From positions 186,001 to 250,000 of the forward strand of contig JAHLWZ010000187.1 of NCBI GenBank assembly GCA_020536535.1: a stretch of DNA of 64,000 nucleotides, in the 5' to 3' direction. The notes under the pieces are model-generated. The model made no database searches. It worked only from the letters and a program-made list of their open reading frames with translations, and had not been told where the DNA came from. Shown here piece after piece: positions 50,901 through 63,462 of this stretch (positions are counted from its first letter, which is position 1; each line of letters opens with the position of its first letter). The stretch is from Pelomyxa schiedti (lineage: Eukaryota; Protista; Evosea). Made by a program: the position numbers and the translations under genes.

Positions 50901-53900
50901 AATTCACTCAATGAAAGTGACGAAAACATGGCCTGGGCGGACAGAAGAAATGACGCAGTATGGACCTTTTGCTCCTCCAAAATGCTGGAGTCACTCATGT
51001 CGTGGAACAGCTAAATTTGGAGCGTTTTAGAAGATATAAAATTGCTTGTGTTGTTTATACCATTCCATTGGAGGATTCAACGGCCGAGGGTTTCAATGAG
51101 GTGATATATGACATGATATATCGGCTACAGTAGGCATCAAGTGGATTTTGTCGTAACCGCTCAGCTAGTAATGATAGAACATTCTCCCACTTGCTGGTGA
51201 AGCTGAAAAGCGCTTCATGGCGCCTTATCGCACGCAATATAGCGGGCAGTATTTCTAGTGGGCATGCAATTTGTTGTGAAGAACTAATGGACTGAAGCAA
51301 GAACTGTAACAAAGAAGTAATGCCATGATGATTTGACACCAGCTCTAATACAAACAAAACAATGGTGAACTGCGAGACAGTGATCCTACACCAACAAAAG
51401 GCTGGTGACTGGGCATGTGAATGTTCTTGGACCTGGGGTGATTGTTGTTGCAGGAATTGTGCAACAAGCCATTCACTAATATCCAACTGATCATGGTAGC
51501 ACAGACTAAACAGTGTCTGTGATATTTTGTTGAAATCAGGGTCGCTGGACATAAGGGACTCCCTGATAACAGATTGCACCATATCCAGGGATTCCTGTGC
51601 TTGGGGATGAGGAAGTCATATGGTTTTTGTTGTGGCTATAATGTATGCACACCCTGGTAACACTGATGCCAACATCTGTCAAAACCGATCTCCTTTGATT
51701 TCTCTGATCCCCTGTTGTAGGAAAATTTTGCAAATACGCCAGGTGCCTCTGTCCCATCTTAAGGTAAAAATTATAAAAAGGAAAAATCACACTTGAAAAC
51801 AATTACTTTTACCTCATGGAGAACAGCAGGAGTATGGGTTAAGAACACACCCGTGGACACGAGGCGGCGAACATACCTTTTACTCTAAAAAAAAAGAACA
51901 AACACATAATGAAGCTATACATGTCATGAGAGAATAGACTCAAGCGGATGAGCTCAGAAAATAGTAGGTACATATTTGTCATTTCTGGGAGGTGTAAATA
52001 AAGTCAATATACTAAATTTAAACAAGAAACCAGACGCTGCTGCAGGGTAAAAGTCAAGAAATCTCATCAATACTGACTGGAATGGATAATCTCTTTGCTG
52101 TTGGATTCCACCAAACCCTCGCATGCTGTCCCCATCAATAGCAGGACCTTGGGGAATTGTGCTCTTATGGGATCCAAGAGTGGGGAGCCATTTACTCAAC
52201 AATGCACTTACTGCATATACTCGACCAGGTACATGGCATCTGTGGTGCGTGACTGCCCATTCACACATGAAAGGTACAGTTACTTCCTAATTGACTTGTT
52301 ATTAACGTTTTTACTAATCAGTATTGATAACATGCATACATACATATGGAATGTCAAGGGACAAAACGTCCAGACAAAGCTTGTTTATATCCAAATGAAC
52401 GGAGAAAGTGTCACAAATCTGCAAAATGGAAGATAAAATAAGGTGCAGTTTCTTGGAGACAAATAACACACAGAAACAAGTGGTTCTATGTTACGAGTAA
52501 CCTGTTTCAGAGCAGGCATTGACAATATGCTTGGAGTACCACTATTGAAAGTGTTACTGCAAGTAGTAATGAGTGGAAACAAATATGAAGGGGTGAAGTC
52601 ACTCCCACATGGAGTTGCAGGTGGGGATTTTGGTGTCAGGCACTGAAAGTTGCTGGCCCAATTATTATTTTGCTGTGGTGTGGTGAGATGTGAGTGGTGA
52701 TGTTGGTTATGCTGTTGCAGAAGGTTCGATAGTGGTGGGGCAGAGTCACCAATAGACGGTGTTAAAGAGCACACAAGATCGGGGCAATGATATGCAATGT
52801 ATTGGAAGACCTCAGACCACATATTATAGGTGTGGCCTTTTCCAGCTTGGGCAGATATCTTCAGAAAGCAATCAGAAAACAAGACAGTGTGAAGGAGGTC
52901 CACCTTACTAAGGAAATCTACACTCAAAATCAGGAGCTTTTTTGTGGGTTCAAGTGCTGTAGAGGAAGAGGACACGATAACTCCCAAGAAATGGACCAGT
53001 ACACAGGAGTATATAGCTAACTGTTCTTTGTTGAATGTAGAGACATCAACAAGCTGAAGGGGGAAAATGAGCAATGACAAGAGCCGGAAATAGGGAAACA
53101 CACATGGCTTGCGACATGGGAACAGTTGATAATAGACTCCTCCACTGAATAGGAAAGCAACATTGTAAGGTACCTCAGCTTGTCCAACTTGTCTCTATCT
53201 TGCAAGCTACATTGGCATTCAGAAATCTCTTTCTTTATGGCACTAACCATAGCTTTGGCCCAGTCTTCAGGTTTTCCTTCTTTTTTATTACGAGGTCCCT
53301 GAAACAAGATTACATATAAAAAAAATAAAAGAGTGCACACTGTTGTTGCTACAAATATAACTTTCACAACCCACAAGGCCCTTAACAGAGGAACTCTGTG
53401 GGGCCAAAGATAGTCCAAAAGTTTGGTCCTGGAACTACCTTTTTTCTTAGGAGGGAAAACGATTTCTTTGAAGTACAAACATGGCTGGGGTGCTGCTAAA
53501 GTTACTCAGGGGTTCAGATGAGCCCAGGCGATGCATAAATTTTGCAATCTCATCACTTCCCGCTGACGGATTCTTTTGTTGGTTGTGAGACAACAAATAA
53601 TAATTAACAAGGGAAAAAATTCATCCACCTGTTCAGGGACAGACCGACATTGCCCTCGTCTGCCTTCACCAATGGGCATGCTTGATGAAGTCACTGTGTG
53701 AATGGTTTCAGTCCCTCTTTGGAACAAAGACCGCCGCCAGCTTATATCATACATGATCTGCAGCATTTGTGGCAGTTTGTTCCAGATTTGGTTCACTCTG
53801 GCTTCCTCCAAGAAACTTGCATGTTCCTCCTAAAATCACAAAATGGAAATTGTAAGGAGGGCCCAGAAATAGCATTTACTACCTTGAGAATGTATGACAC

Positions 53901-54641
53901 AGAATAACCGCTAGTGCACGTTTGGTCAGTTAATCTGCATTCCTCATCCACTTTTTTATTTCTTTTGCTTGTATCTAAAATGGTTTTTGGTTACCAAAGG
54001 TAGGGACAAGAGAAAAAAACCCAGGAAGGAGGTGTACATGAAGACCACGGATAGAAGCCAGGTGGCCCAAGTGTGTCACTGAGGTCCACAACATGGCCAG
54101 GTTTTTCAAGGTTATACTTGTTCAGCCCACTCCCAATTCCAGACTGTGCACCCCCCTGATTCGAATGTGAAGCCAAAGCGTTCTGCGAATGTGATGCATG
54201 CAAACCACCAGAGGACAGCGAAGATTGCGATTGAGGAATTTGCATGTGTTGTTGATGTGAATCCTGTTGGTGTTGTTGTTGCTGCAGAGAGGCCAATCCT
54301 GGGATTCCCATAACTCCGCCGCCTGGTTGTTGTTGGCCAACGACTACAACAGACGGGAGTGACGTCATCACGCCAATGTTGGCGCCGCCGGCGGGACCCA
54401 TAATCATGGAACCGCCGGGGCCCTGGAGCGAGGGCAAAGAGTTGGCCGAGTTGGGCTGCATCGAGGAGCCCCCTCCCATAATTGCGGACATCCCCGGCAT
54501 CATGGAAGAAGCCGCCGACGAGGACGATATCGGCGGCAGCTGGGACGAATTCGAAGACGAGCCGAACGACAAGTGGGCATTCACGTGTTGCGAAATGTGT
54601 TGGTGTTGCTGCTGCTTGTTCCCTATCCCGCCGTGCATCAT
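47916..54641 (-). CDS. MED12: Mediator subunit MED12, Gln-rich at both termini
   Basis: LGPPGFYP and PPKKKGSSRTKLLDYLWPHRVPLLRALWVVK match the Med12 N-terminal domain; helical exons follow, then a polyQ tail. Continuity of the middle exons was not fully checked. Confidence 0.72.
47985..48095 (-). repeat. CAA/CAG-rich trinucleotide tract encoding polyQ/His
   Basis: tgt tgc tgt tgt agt tgt... on the + strand, translating to QQQQQQQQHHHQQQLQLQQQH. Confidence 0.8.
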
Positions 54642-54898
54642 CTCCCAAGACTCTTTTTTTTTTTTCCTTTTCTTTTCAGGACCATTTCGCCTCGGATTCC
54701 ACAGCAGATCGGTATCGAATCATGAGCAGAAAGCGAAGTGCTGTACTCGAGGGGACGAACCCCCCAGTCATATTGCGTGGGAGTCGATTCTTCAGGGTGA
54801 TTGATTGGGGGGATTTCGTAGAAGTGGGGGTGTGTAATTTCAAACAGGAAAAAAGCACTGCACAACATAAACCGTAACGCAACCGTAGATCTCGTAAG
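54642..54898. promoter_or_regulatory. Putative bidirectional promoter MED12/Rab
   Basis: 257 bp between divergent ATGs at 54641 (-) and 54899 (+). Confidence 0.45.
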
Positions 54899-56072
54899 AT
54901 GAGTTTGACGGACGAGGATCAGCAGCAGTACGCACCGGCCCCCGTTTTTTTTGTTTTGAGTTGATGGAGCCTCTAACGTGGTCGGCAGTGATTACTTTTT
55001 CAAAATACTCCTCATTGGCGATTCTGGGGTTGGAAAGAGTACGTTCTTTTCCCTGTTTTTCCCCCACTTTCTCCCTTTAACTTTATTGATCAAATGTAGG
55101 CTGTTTATTGCTCCGCTTTGTGGTGTGGTTTTTTTTTTTTTTTTTTTTTTTTAATCCAACTTCTCACTACGTTGCGCCACAGGAGGAATCATTTTCGGAA
55201 GAGCATATTGCAACTATAGGCGTAGATTTTGTATTTTCCCTTCGTTCCTCTTTAGGGTGTTCATCCACAACAGAAAATTAAGACTATACTCTGTGAAGGA
55301 AAGCTGATCAAACTCCAAATCGTATTCCCCCCCTTCATTCTTGGTACTGACTGCTAACATAACATAACTTTCCCTTCCACAGTGGGACACTGCTGGACAG
55401 GTACCTCCAAAGCTCCACATTTTATTGTTTCACAAACACATTAGGAAAGGTTCAGAACAATCACCAGTAAACAACTTCTCTACTAAGTGAAAAGTAACTC
55501 CCGCAAGGTTCATATTACAGAGGAGCTCAGGGCATAATCCTTGTTTTTGATTGCTCAGGTAATTATAGTTATCTTTTTTTCCTCCCAAAAAAAAAAAAGA
55601 TGCTGAGACATTCAACAATGTAAAGCAGTGGTTGGTGGAGATTGATAGATATGCCTGTGAAGATGTAGATAAGGTTTCATTGTTTTATCTGATGCATTCA
55701 GCAATTCTAAATGGCTCTATAGCTCCTTGTTGCAAACAAAGTTGACCTTGCGTCAAAGAGAGTTGTTACCCGGGAAGCGGCCGAGGTTTTTTTTTTTTCA
55801 GCACGGCTGTGCATTTTTTAACAATGCCGTTCAGGAACTGGCCAATTCAATGGAACTTCCATACCTTGAAGCTTCTGCAAAGGACAATATCAATGTACAA
55901 GATATTTTCATCATGATGGCAAAAGCAATCAAAGAAAGGTTCTCTCCTCAAAACTCCTTTCTTGTACTTACCCGTTTGAAGGTTACAGGCATCAAACCGA
56001 GAAAATGGGGATTCCCTGACCTTGCAAGACGACTCCAAAAAACCAGTCAAAAAACGGGGCTGTTGTGATTAG
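54899..56072 (+). CDS. RAB1: Rab1-like small GTPase
   Basis: DYFFKILLIGDSGVGKS, TIGVDF, WDTAGQERFRTIT, NKVD, EASAK; C-terminal KKRGCCD* (di-Cys prenylation). The subfamily call is moderate. Confidence 0.85.
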
Positions 56073-56353
56073 CATCTTTAAGATTTTGTAAACTATCTTT
56101 TCACCACTATCAGTTATACTTAGAGAAGAGAGCAAAATAAACACCACCTTCAAAAGTGCGCAATACACAAGTCCATTGCCACCATTTGATTCGAATTCGG
56201 GTTTCTGGGAAGTTCCCCCCACACCGGTGATCGTTTATTTTTTCTCCCAATTGGGCCATTTGCGACGCTTGTCATGTGGCCCAGTACCTGTGTGAGTGGG
56301 TTTGCCCTATGGCTTGGCAAATGCTGAGATTAAAAACAGGCTGCAGTGGGTTC

Positions 56354-57523
56354 TCAATTATTTATTGTGAGAGTTGCCAGTTGTGTGCCTGTGATTGTGT
56401 AATGAACACAACATGTGGTTACAGCAACAGCGTCATCTGGTCTTCTGACAACATAAATTTCCTTTGATGAGGATCCGCAGCCATCACAATTCAGCAGTGG
56501 GTTGCCCTGATAGCTGCAGCAGGGCTTCATCATCATGTCAGAAGATGAAGAAGCATGATACACTTCGCACATTGCCAAATCCCTTCTGAACCAAACAATG
56601 TGCTCACTCGAGACAGTCACAAGGTCATAAGTGGAAGGGAACGTGCACATCAGTTGGCCAGTAGCGGCGTTGTAAACCCTGTGGCCATCATCACTTGCAT
56701 CCCAGTGCAGAGTGAGGATAGTGTCTGGTGAGCACCAGACCAATTCGAGTGGATTCGGCTCCTGTAGCAAGACGCTCTCCCTGGCCTTCACGGTGACTCC
56801 AGCAGCGACGCTCTTCTCCAGGTCAACAAACGAAAGGAGAGGCACCCTTGGCTCATCCGAGCAAGGAATGGTGCTTCCAACAAAAACCAGCTGATCGCCA
56901 CGAGGGTCGTCGAACGGAGAGAACCTCGCGCCGCGCCCACCGAGTGGAACCGTGCGCTCCACGCGGACGCCGTTGGACGACGCGGGCGCGCCGTCTCGCG
57001 CCAGCCTCCACACAACCAGGTTTTTTGATGTCTGCTCGAACTTGACAAGCCACTTGCTGTTGCTCCTCCAGAATAAGCCCGACGACCCGTCGATCGTGGC
57101 CACCACGTTGCCGTTGTTGTCGACGACGTGCGTGTCGCCCCACGAGGGGCACACGAACTTGCCGTCGCCCACCCTCGCCTCGACGGACCCGAACACCAAA
57201 CAGTCGTCGTCGTGGTCCAGGGCTCGGCACCACACCGCGCCCAGTGTCGCGCTCAGACCAATGAAAGCACAAACATGCACTTTGGCTGGTCCATCACTAT
57301 CATCATGGGCCTTAGTTGCCACAGTGATCGTTGTGCCCAGCTGCCTGCAACAACTGACGACCCAGTTGCGGCCGAAGAACTCGCACAAGGCACGGTTGTG
57401 GGACAGACTCTTGGCTGGACTGTAAACACCGCACCTCTCAAGCCCCGAACTCGCAAACGCAACGAACTGTGATCGTGCGTCGATTATGGGTTCAATGGTC
57501 GTGCGTCGTTGTGCCGTCGCCAT
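56354..57523 (-). CDS. Intronless orphan-family protein (probable beta-propeller-like)
   Basis: Open 389-aa reading frame with coding-like GC; a paralogous fragment lies adjacent. Confidence 0.7.
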   Translation of the reverse strand: MATAQRRTTIEPIIDARSQFVAFASSGLERCGVYSPAKSLSHNRALCEFFGRNWVVSCCRQLGTTITVATKAHDDSDGPAKVHVCAFIGLSATLGAVWCRALDHDDDCLVFGSVEARVGDGKFVCPSWGDTHVVDNNGNVVATIDGSSGLFWRSNSKWLVKFEQTSKNLVVWRLARDGAPASSNGVRVERTVPLGGRGARFSPFDDPRGDQLVFVGSTIPCSDEPRVPLLSFVDLEKSVAAGVTVKARESVLLQEPNPLELVWCSPDTILTLHWDASDDGHRVYNAATGQLMCTFPSTYDLVTVSSEHIVWFRRDLAMCEVYHASSSSDMMMKPCCSYQGNPLLNCDGCGSSSKEIYVVRRPDDAVAVTTCCVHYTITGTQLATLTINN

Positions 57524-57559
57524 CAATTTGTTTTTTATGATTCAGCCAAAACAAGAGAT

Positions 57560-58420
57560 CACAAGTCGTGCATCACGAAAGTGGAGGGGTGCGTGGGCGA
57601 TGACAGGTTCTCTGGGCCCTGGAGCATCGTTGACAGGAAGGGCGATGTTGGGCGGCTCCCCTGTCCGTCTTTGTGCTGGAGGGGCAACCGCAAGTGGCTT
57701 CTCGGCGTCGAAAACGGCGTCAGCTTGGTTGTGTGGGAGATGAGCGAGGGTGTGCCTGTGTCGCCCAACGGCGTTGCTGTGGAATGCACAGTTCCATTCA
57801 GTGGGGGCGGGGTGAGGTTGAGGTTCTCTCAGTTTGACCCTTGTGTGGTGATGAATTGGTTTTTTGTTGGGAGCACAGAGCGGTGCGATGAGTCGAAGGA
57901 ACCTCCCGCTTCATTTCTTGCACATCTCATTTCGTTTGTTGATATGGAGAAGAGCGTTGCTGCTGGGGTCACAGTGGAGGCCAGGCACCCACACCCAATC
58001 CCTTTGACTTGTTTTGGTATTCACCAACCACAATCCTCACTGTGTATGTGGTGGCTGTACAGTCTTTAACACAACAACGGGTCAACTGTTTCTATTCCCT
58101 GCAGATTACCCCTCGTTCTGTGTTTCACCTTCACTTAGGGACTTCGTTTGGAGGAAGGTCTGGGTGAACCCTGCTCACCCAGAGCGCACTGAGGCATATC
58201 TATCCTGTAATGACATGTGGCGACCAGTGTTCCTGCACACCACACATACAGGCCACCTTTAAGAAAATTGTGGCTTTGGTTCATCATCATCGGCTGAAAT
58301 CTTTGCTGTCATAATGGTGGCTGATTCCACACCACCACATGAGGTTCATGCTATCACAACCACTTGTTGTCTTCATTACACTGTCACAGCCACACAACTG
58401 GTGTTTCTGACAATTAAACT
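57560..58420 (+). pseudogene. 5'-truncated, frameshifted paralog of 56354-57523 in inverted orientation
   Basis: Shares VE..VGD, NxKWL, LVVW, NGVxVExTVP, RFSxFD and SFVDxEKSVAAGVTV; frameshifts near 57845-57870 and 58010-58060. Confidence 0.75.
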
Positions 58421-58624
58421 AAGTAAAAAACTATGAATGAGCCATGGGGTAGACAGCTCAGAAGCACTGTGGAAACTCAGAAAATCTCTCTCGTCACTCC
58501 CAATACCTGTTATAGAAACACTCCTACTCGAAATTCTTTCCAAGAACAAAATCATGGAGGAATTGGACTGTTTTATTACTTATTCGCAACGTTGTGGCGG
58601 ACAGAGGATATTTATTTTAGTGTA

Positions 58625-60830
58625 ATGGCAGGCACAACGGTGAACGCTGTTATAGAGACGGTTGTTGGTTACTCGTTGTTTAGTGTCACAGACCTTGGGG
58701 ACTCTTACAGGTTGGGTTTAACGCTTGATTGCCTCCAATTCTAACGTACAGCAACAAAACCAAAAAATTAAAAAAAATAAATCACAGGGTCGACTTGCTG
58801 GGTACCCATAACTTTGCTGATGACGAAGAGGTGTTGGTTGAGTTGAAGAGCGTGACCGAGGGAGAGCTGGGGCCGTCGTTGAGGAGCTTCTTGTCAAGTG
58901 TTGCCGCTCCTGCGTGCCGAGAGACTGGCGCTCCGATGTCTGTGAGTGGGGCTTCTCTCGCTCACTTTGTGTCTTCTGAGCTGGGCATCACTTGTGCTTC
59001 ATCGGCCGTGTCTCTGGAAGTGGAAAGGTGTGTGACTTAATTTTTTTTCGGTTTTTTTTTTCCTCCCCCTTTGCATTGGGTTGGTTGATTTGTGTCCTTG
59101 GTTTGATTTGTTCACTCCCCTCTTTTGGGACTTAACTGTTCTGTCAGGAGTATTCGGCAGTCACTAGACCAGTTGCTTCCTGAAAGTTGCAGTGTTTCTA
59201 GAGTTGTATCTCTGGCTGTCAAGTTGTACAGTGAACTGCTTGATCGCTACCCAGCGGCAGAAGAAGAAAACTCTGAGAGTGAGCCTAACCACGAAGAGGA
59301 ACGGGAGAATGATGGCCTCCAGTGGGGAGAAAATGCAGAGGGAGATGAATGGCAGGAAGGTGCAGATGAATTTGATTGGTACGAGGACATCGAAGAAGAG
59401 CAGGAAGGGGAGTGCGCGCAATATGAAACTCTCTGCGGTCTGAATTTCCAGTGTAGTGATGGACACACCACAACCGCTTCCTCGGTCAATGATCCTTGCA
59501 CAGAAGAACTGAAAGATATACACACCCTACCATCATTAGAACAGGAGCCACTGCCCTGTGCCCTCATTCTTTTTGAAACCTCTGCAGGTTACGCATTATT
59601 TGATGTGGCTAGCAAGGAAGGCGAACTGGCTATGTGAGTGTTTTAAATTTCACACTTTATGCTGAGATCCTTCCAGAATATCCTTGAACTCTTTGCGTGA
59701 ATTCCCAAGTTTGGAAGTAGCGTTGGAAGAATTCTGCTCTATTGAGAAGGGGGAAATTGGAGCCCTGTTGCTTCAGTTTATAAATGATACTGTGATTCCC
59801 AGCGCCAAGCTGCTTGACCGACCGGTTGGTGTTGCAGAGTACAAGCTGGCTACAGCTCTCCGAGGACTTGGGTTGGACTGCTACTGTACCTGTGCTGTGG
59901 CTGAAATGTGCAGGTAAAAGCAAGCCATTTTTGAGAAGGGAGCATTACCATTTTTGTAATTAGGGAGATACGAGAACAACTTAGCAAATTCATCCCACAG
60001 TTCAAAGATACGACATTGGCCCTCTCACATGCAGCAGCTACAGCAAAAATCATCACTTTACCAAGGAATGAATGTGAAGAAACCCTTAGTTTGTCGAAGC
60101 ACCCACTACTTCTATTTGTGACCTTTTTCCCCAAGAAAAAATTGAGTCTTTGGAGCAAAGTATTTCATCAGAGTTTTCATCCCTAGTTGATATGTCCTGG
60201 GATTACTTCCCAGAGCTCATTTACATCATTTCTGATCCTGAACTTTTCTGCAATGTTCTTAAGCGCCTTGGTATAGCAACATTCATTTCTTTTTCCTTTC
60301 TAACTTGTTTCAGACTTCCAAGATGACATTTCTGAAATTGATTTGTCAGATATTCTGAACCCCGACTTGGAGGCCTACGTCAAGGAGGCAGCTTTCTTCA
60401 GTGATGGATGTGCTTTTCTTCCAGCCAGTAGAGGGGAATGCCTGGCCAATATTGATTCAATTTTAAGCCTCATCACCACAAAGTAATACTGATATCCCGC
60501 CGATTGACTGACCATATCAAAAAGGAGGGAGTTACAACAACGTGTGGAATTGGCACAACAACACGCCGGACCAGTGAAAAAAGGTTTTTCCTTTGTTTCC
60601 AACAATCCCTCACAAACCAAACAGCACTAGACACTGAGGCAATTCTGGCAGCAGAAAAAGCCTTGTTTGCTGCCCTGAAAAGAAATCCAGAAAGGTCTGT
60701 CTCACAAAGTTTTTATTCGTTTTAATTGTGAAACACAAAGTGCCGGATTGGAGTTTTCCAAGCTTACTGGCTTCACGGAAAATATGGACTTATCTTAACC
60801 CTGTTTGAAACAAGGGAAGATAAAGAAAAA
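58625..60830 (+). CDS. Divergent Nop56/Nop58-like protein with two NOP5NT domains and a truncated Nop domain
   Basis: AVIETVVGYSLF..ELGITC..ERSIRQ and LILFETSAGYALF..LGLDC..EIRE (two N-terminal domains); DYFPEL, DLSDIL..VKEAA, ILAAEKALFAALK, KYGLI. The 3' end is uncertain. Confidence 0.65.
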
Positions 60831-60955
60831 GAATATTTCCCTTTTTTCCTTTTTGCTGTAACAAAGAGACATATTGTCCGGGGTTTTAATTTTGTTGTAT
60901 TTGGTGGCATCTGTGTTGCCCACCACCACATTCCATTATTTTACCAGCACAACGT

Positions 60956-62030
60956 ATGGTAAGATCTGGCTGTGCGTTTGTGGGGGTGTTACGGGACTGT
61001 GTGTGGTGGGTTGGTGACAATCTCGTGAAGCCACTTTTTGTGAGAGGATTGTACATTTCCACACAGACATCGAGGGCGAGATTGGTTGCTTTGTTGGCGT
61101 GTGTGGCATTGTTTGCGGGGGGTCTGTCGGCATTTGTCACGTGCTTCTCGCCCGAGAGCGATTTCAGTTCAGCAGCACTCAGCAGCTGCGGTTTCGTCAA
61201 CAGCGGAAACAGCACCAGCGAGTCGCTGAATCACACCAGTAATAGCCGTACAAACTGCGGAAATAGCCGGGAAGAGAAGTACGAGTGGTGGCACTGGATG
61301 ACTGGAGGGTGGGTGAAAGGCGCGTGCATGGCGGGTACGTGGGCATGGAGTATTGCACTCTTTGTGTTCTCATTGGAGAAGCCACTGTGGAAATGTGCAA
61401 CCTGTTTCAGGCAGTGCGTTGTGTGCCTCGGAACGCCTTACTATCATTCCCGCGATCAAGATATTGACTTGGAACTTACAGACCAGGATGGTGGGTGTTT
61501 GCTTCTTTCTAATACATAGATGCAGCAGGCTCAAGGCTAAACGCGAACAGATGAATACAGTGTGCAAGAAATTTCCAGACGCGTTGGTAGAACTAAGGCG
61601 GTACTATACACACTTTGTGCACTGCCTTTGATCATGGAGTGGTCAACGCTGCTAGGAGGCATACTGCTTGTCTTGTCTGCCGGTATGACTTCTGTCCTCG
61701 CTTCCACTTGTTGACTTCGATACTTGCACATAGTGTTGAGGTTCGTTCATCCACTGAGGCACTGACAGGCTGTAATTATCACCCCTGTTACTCCAATAGA
61801 CTATTTTGCTAAATGCCATTCGACCAGTAATTCTACATCACTTCCTGTGGTAGTAGATGCTGCACAAATATCAACGTGGGCAGGTAAATTTGGCTAGACA
61901 GGTGACTCTAACGAGTAGTTACGACACACATGGCACCATGAAAAATGGGTCACTGTGAACGCCATTGTACACCCGAAAAACACGTTGTGCGGTTTGTAAG
62001 GAGGCACCGTCGTGTCCAGGTTGGTTCCTC
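60956..62030 (+). CDS. Hypothetical membrane protein with Cys motifs (possibly RING-like)
   Basis: 187-aa ORF with hydrophobic segments; downstream CLVC and RCAVCK motifs in other frames; splicing unresolved. Confidence 0.3.
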
Positions 62031-62143
62031 AGTCCAAAAAACTCTGGGAAGTCCCCAGATTACCGCATAGTTGTGGCGAGTGCGTTGTTGCTGCTGCTGC
62101 ATTGGCGTTGGCACAGGGCGGTGAATAGGAGTTCAGTAAGTAC

Positions 62144-62631
62144 TTCAGCCAACTATTAATTTACACTCACTTTTGCTTTTGATATCTAGGCCGTTTCCAG
62201 AGCACTCTCAATCCCAGCGGGGGATAAAATGGGGAATGAGCCTCTTGTGCTCAGCACCACCCTCACTGAGTGAGGGTGATTGTGAGGGCGATTCCCTTTC
62301 AAAAGCCAAAATCCAACTAGTATATTTGGCCGGGCAGCAAAGGCATTATTATTGAGTGCAAAGCATGCAAGGTTCAAGAAGTGACTTGGAGTGTGGGTGA
62401 CTTGGAGTGTGGTGAGGTCAGCGACTCTGAGGGATGGATGGATGGGAAAAGATTTGGGAAGCTCGGGATTCAATTCAAGCACTCAATTACAGCAAAAATC
62501 GGGCAGCAGTCTTCAAACCCAGTAGGTTCAGCCAACTATTAATTTACACTCACTTTTGCTTTTGATATCTAGGCCGTTTCCAGAGCACTCTCAATCCCAG
62601 CGGGGGATAAAATGGGGAATGAGCCTCTTGT
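62144..62631 (+). repeat. Perfect 105-bp direct repeat (62144-62248 and 62527-62631)
   Basis: Both copies read ttcagccaactattaatttacactcac...ggggaatgagcctcttgt with no mismatch on inspection. Confidence 0.92.
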
Positions 62632-63462
62632 TTGGTGTGGCTTGAAAGCACGTGGCGCCTTCGGCTGCTTGCCGATGAAAAAAAAAGAAAATAGATTTTT
62701 TCCCCTCCTTTTAGTCTATCAGTGTGGTGTATTTTCGGGTCTGGGTTGTGACTTACGGAATGGCTAGAATAGAGAAGCGGTGTAGAAACGAATGAATACA
62801 TGGATACTGTGTTGTGACTGGTGATGTGTCGAGATAATATGTATCAGTGAGATACTAGTAACCGTGCGACATTTCTCTTCTGGAACAAGATAGTCTCAAA
62901 GAAACTCGAAATAGCATAAAATTGTGCTCAGTTGCACTGCCGTGGCTGATTGTATCACTGGTATTATTGATTGAACCTCCCCGAGTACCAGGGAATTAAT
63001 TTATGACGTACCACTTCGCTGAGGAAGAGTTAAGCAGCCTGAGGTTTGTCAATGGCAAAGAGTAGGTAGTAATAATCATATATCGCGTGTCTAGTGCCGA
63101 TGGAAAAGAGATACCCATTGAAAATCCGAGGGTTGAAGTAGGGAAAACCACACAAACGAAAACAGGACGTAGGAACAGTTGATGGTTCTTACGTGGGGAA
63201 TTGTTTCGTTGAGGACTAAGGAGTGCACACAAACCCATTTATGAAGATTTGCCTTTCAAATGAAACTGCCTCTCTCGTCATGCCAAAGGCATGGGGGTGC
63301 TGTGTCGCGCTCATTTTGTTTGTAGTTGCCAGCATTTCTCGGTGTTACTGTTGATCCATACTTTCTCATCGTCGTGGCACAAAATGACAGGAACCACACG
63401 CCCACCAAGAGGGGTGTTTCGAATTTCTGGTTGCAACGGGCATAAAAAAAAACAAGCGAAAA

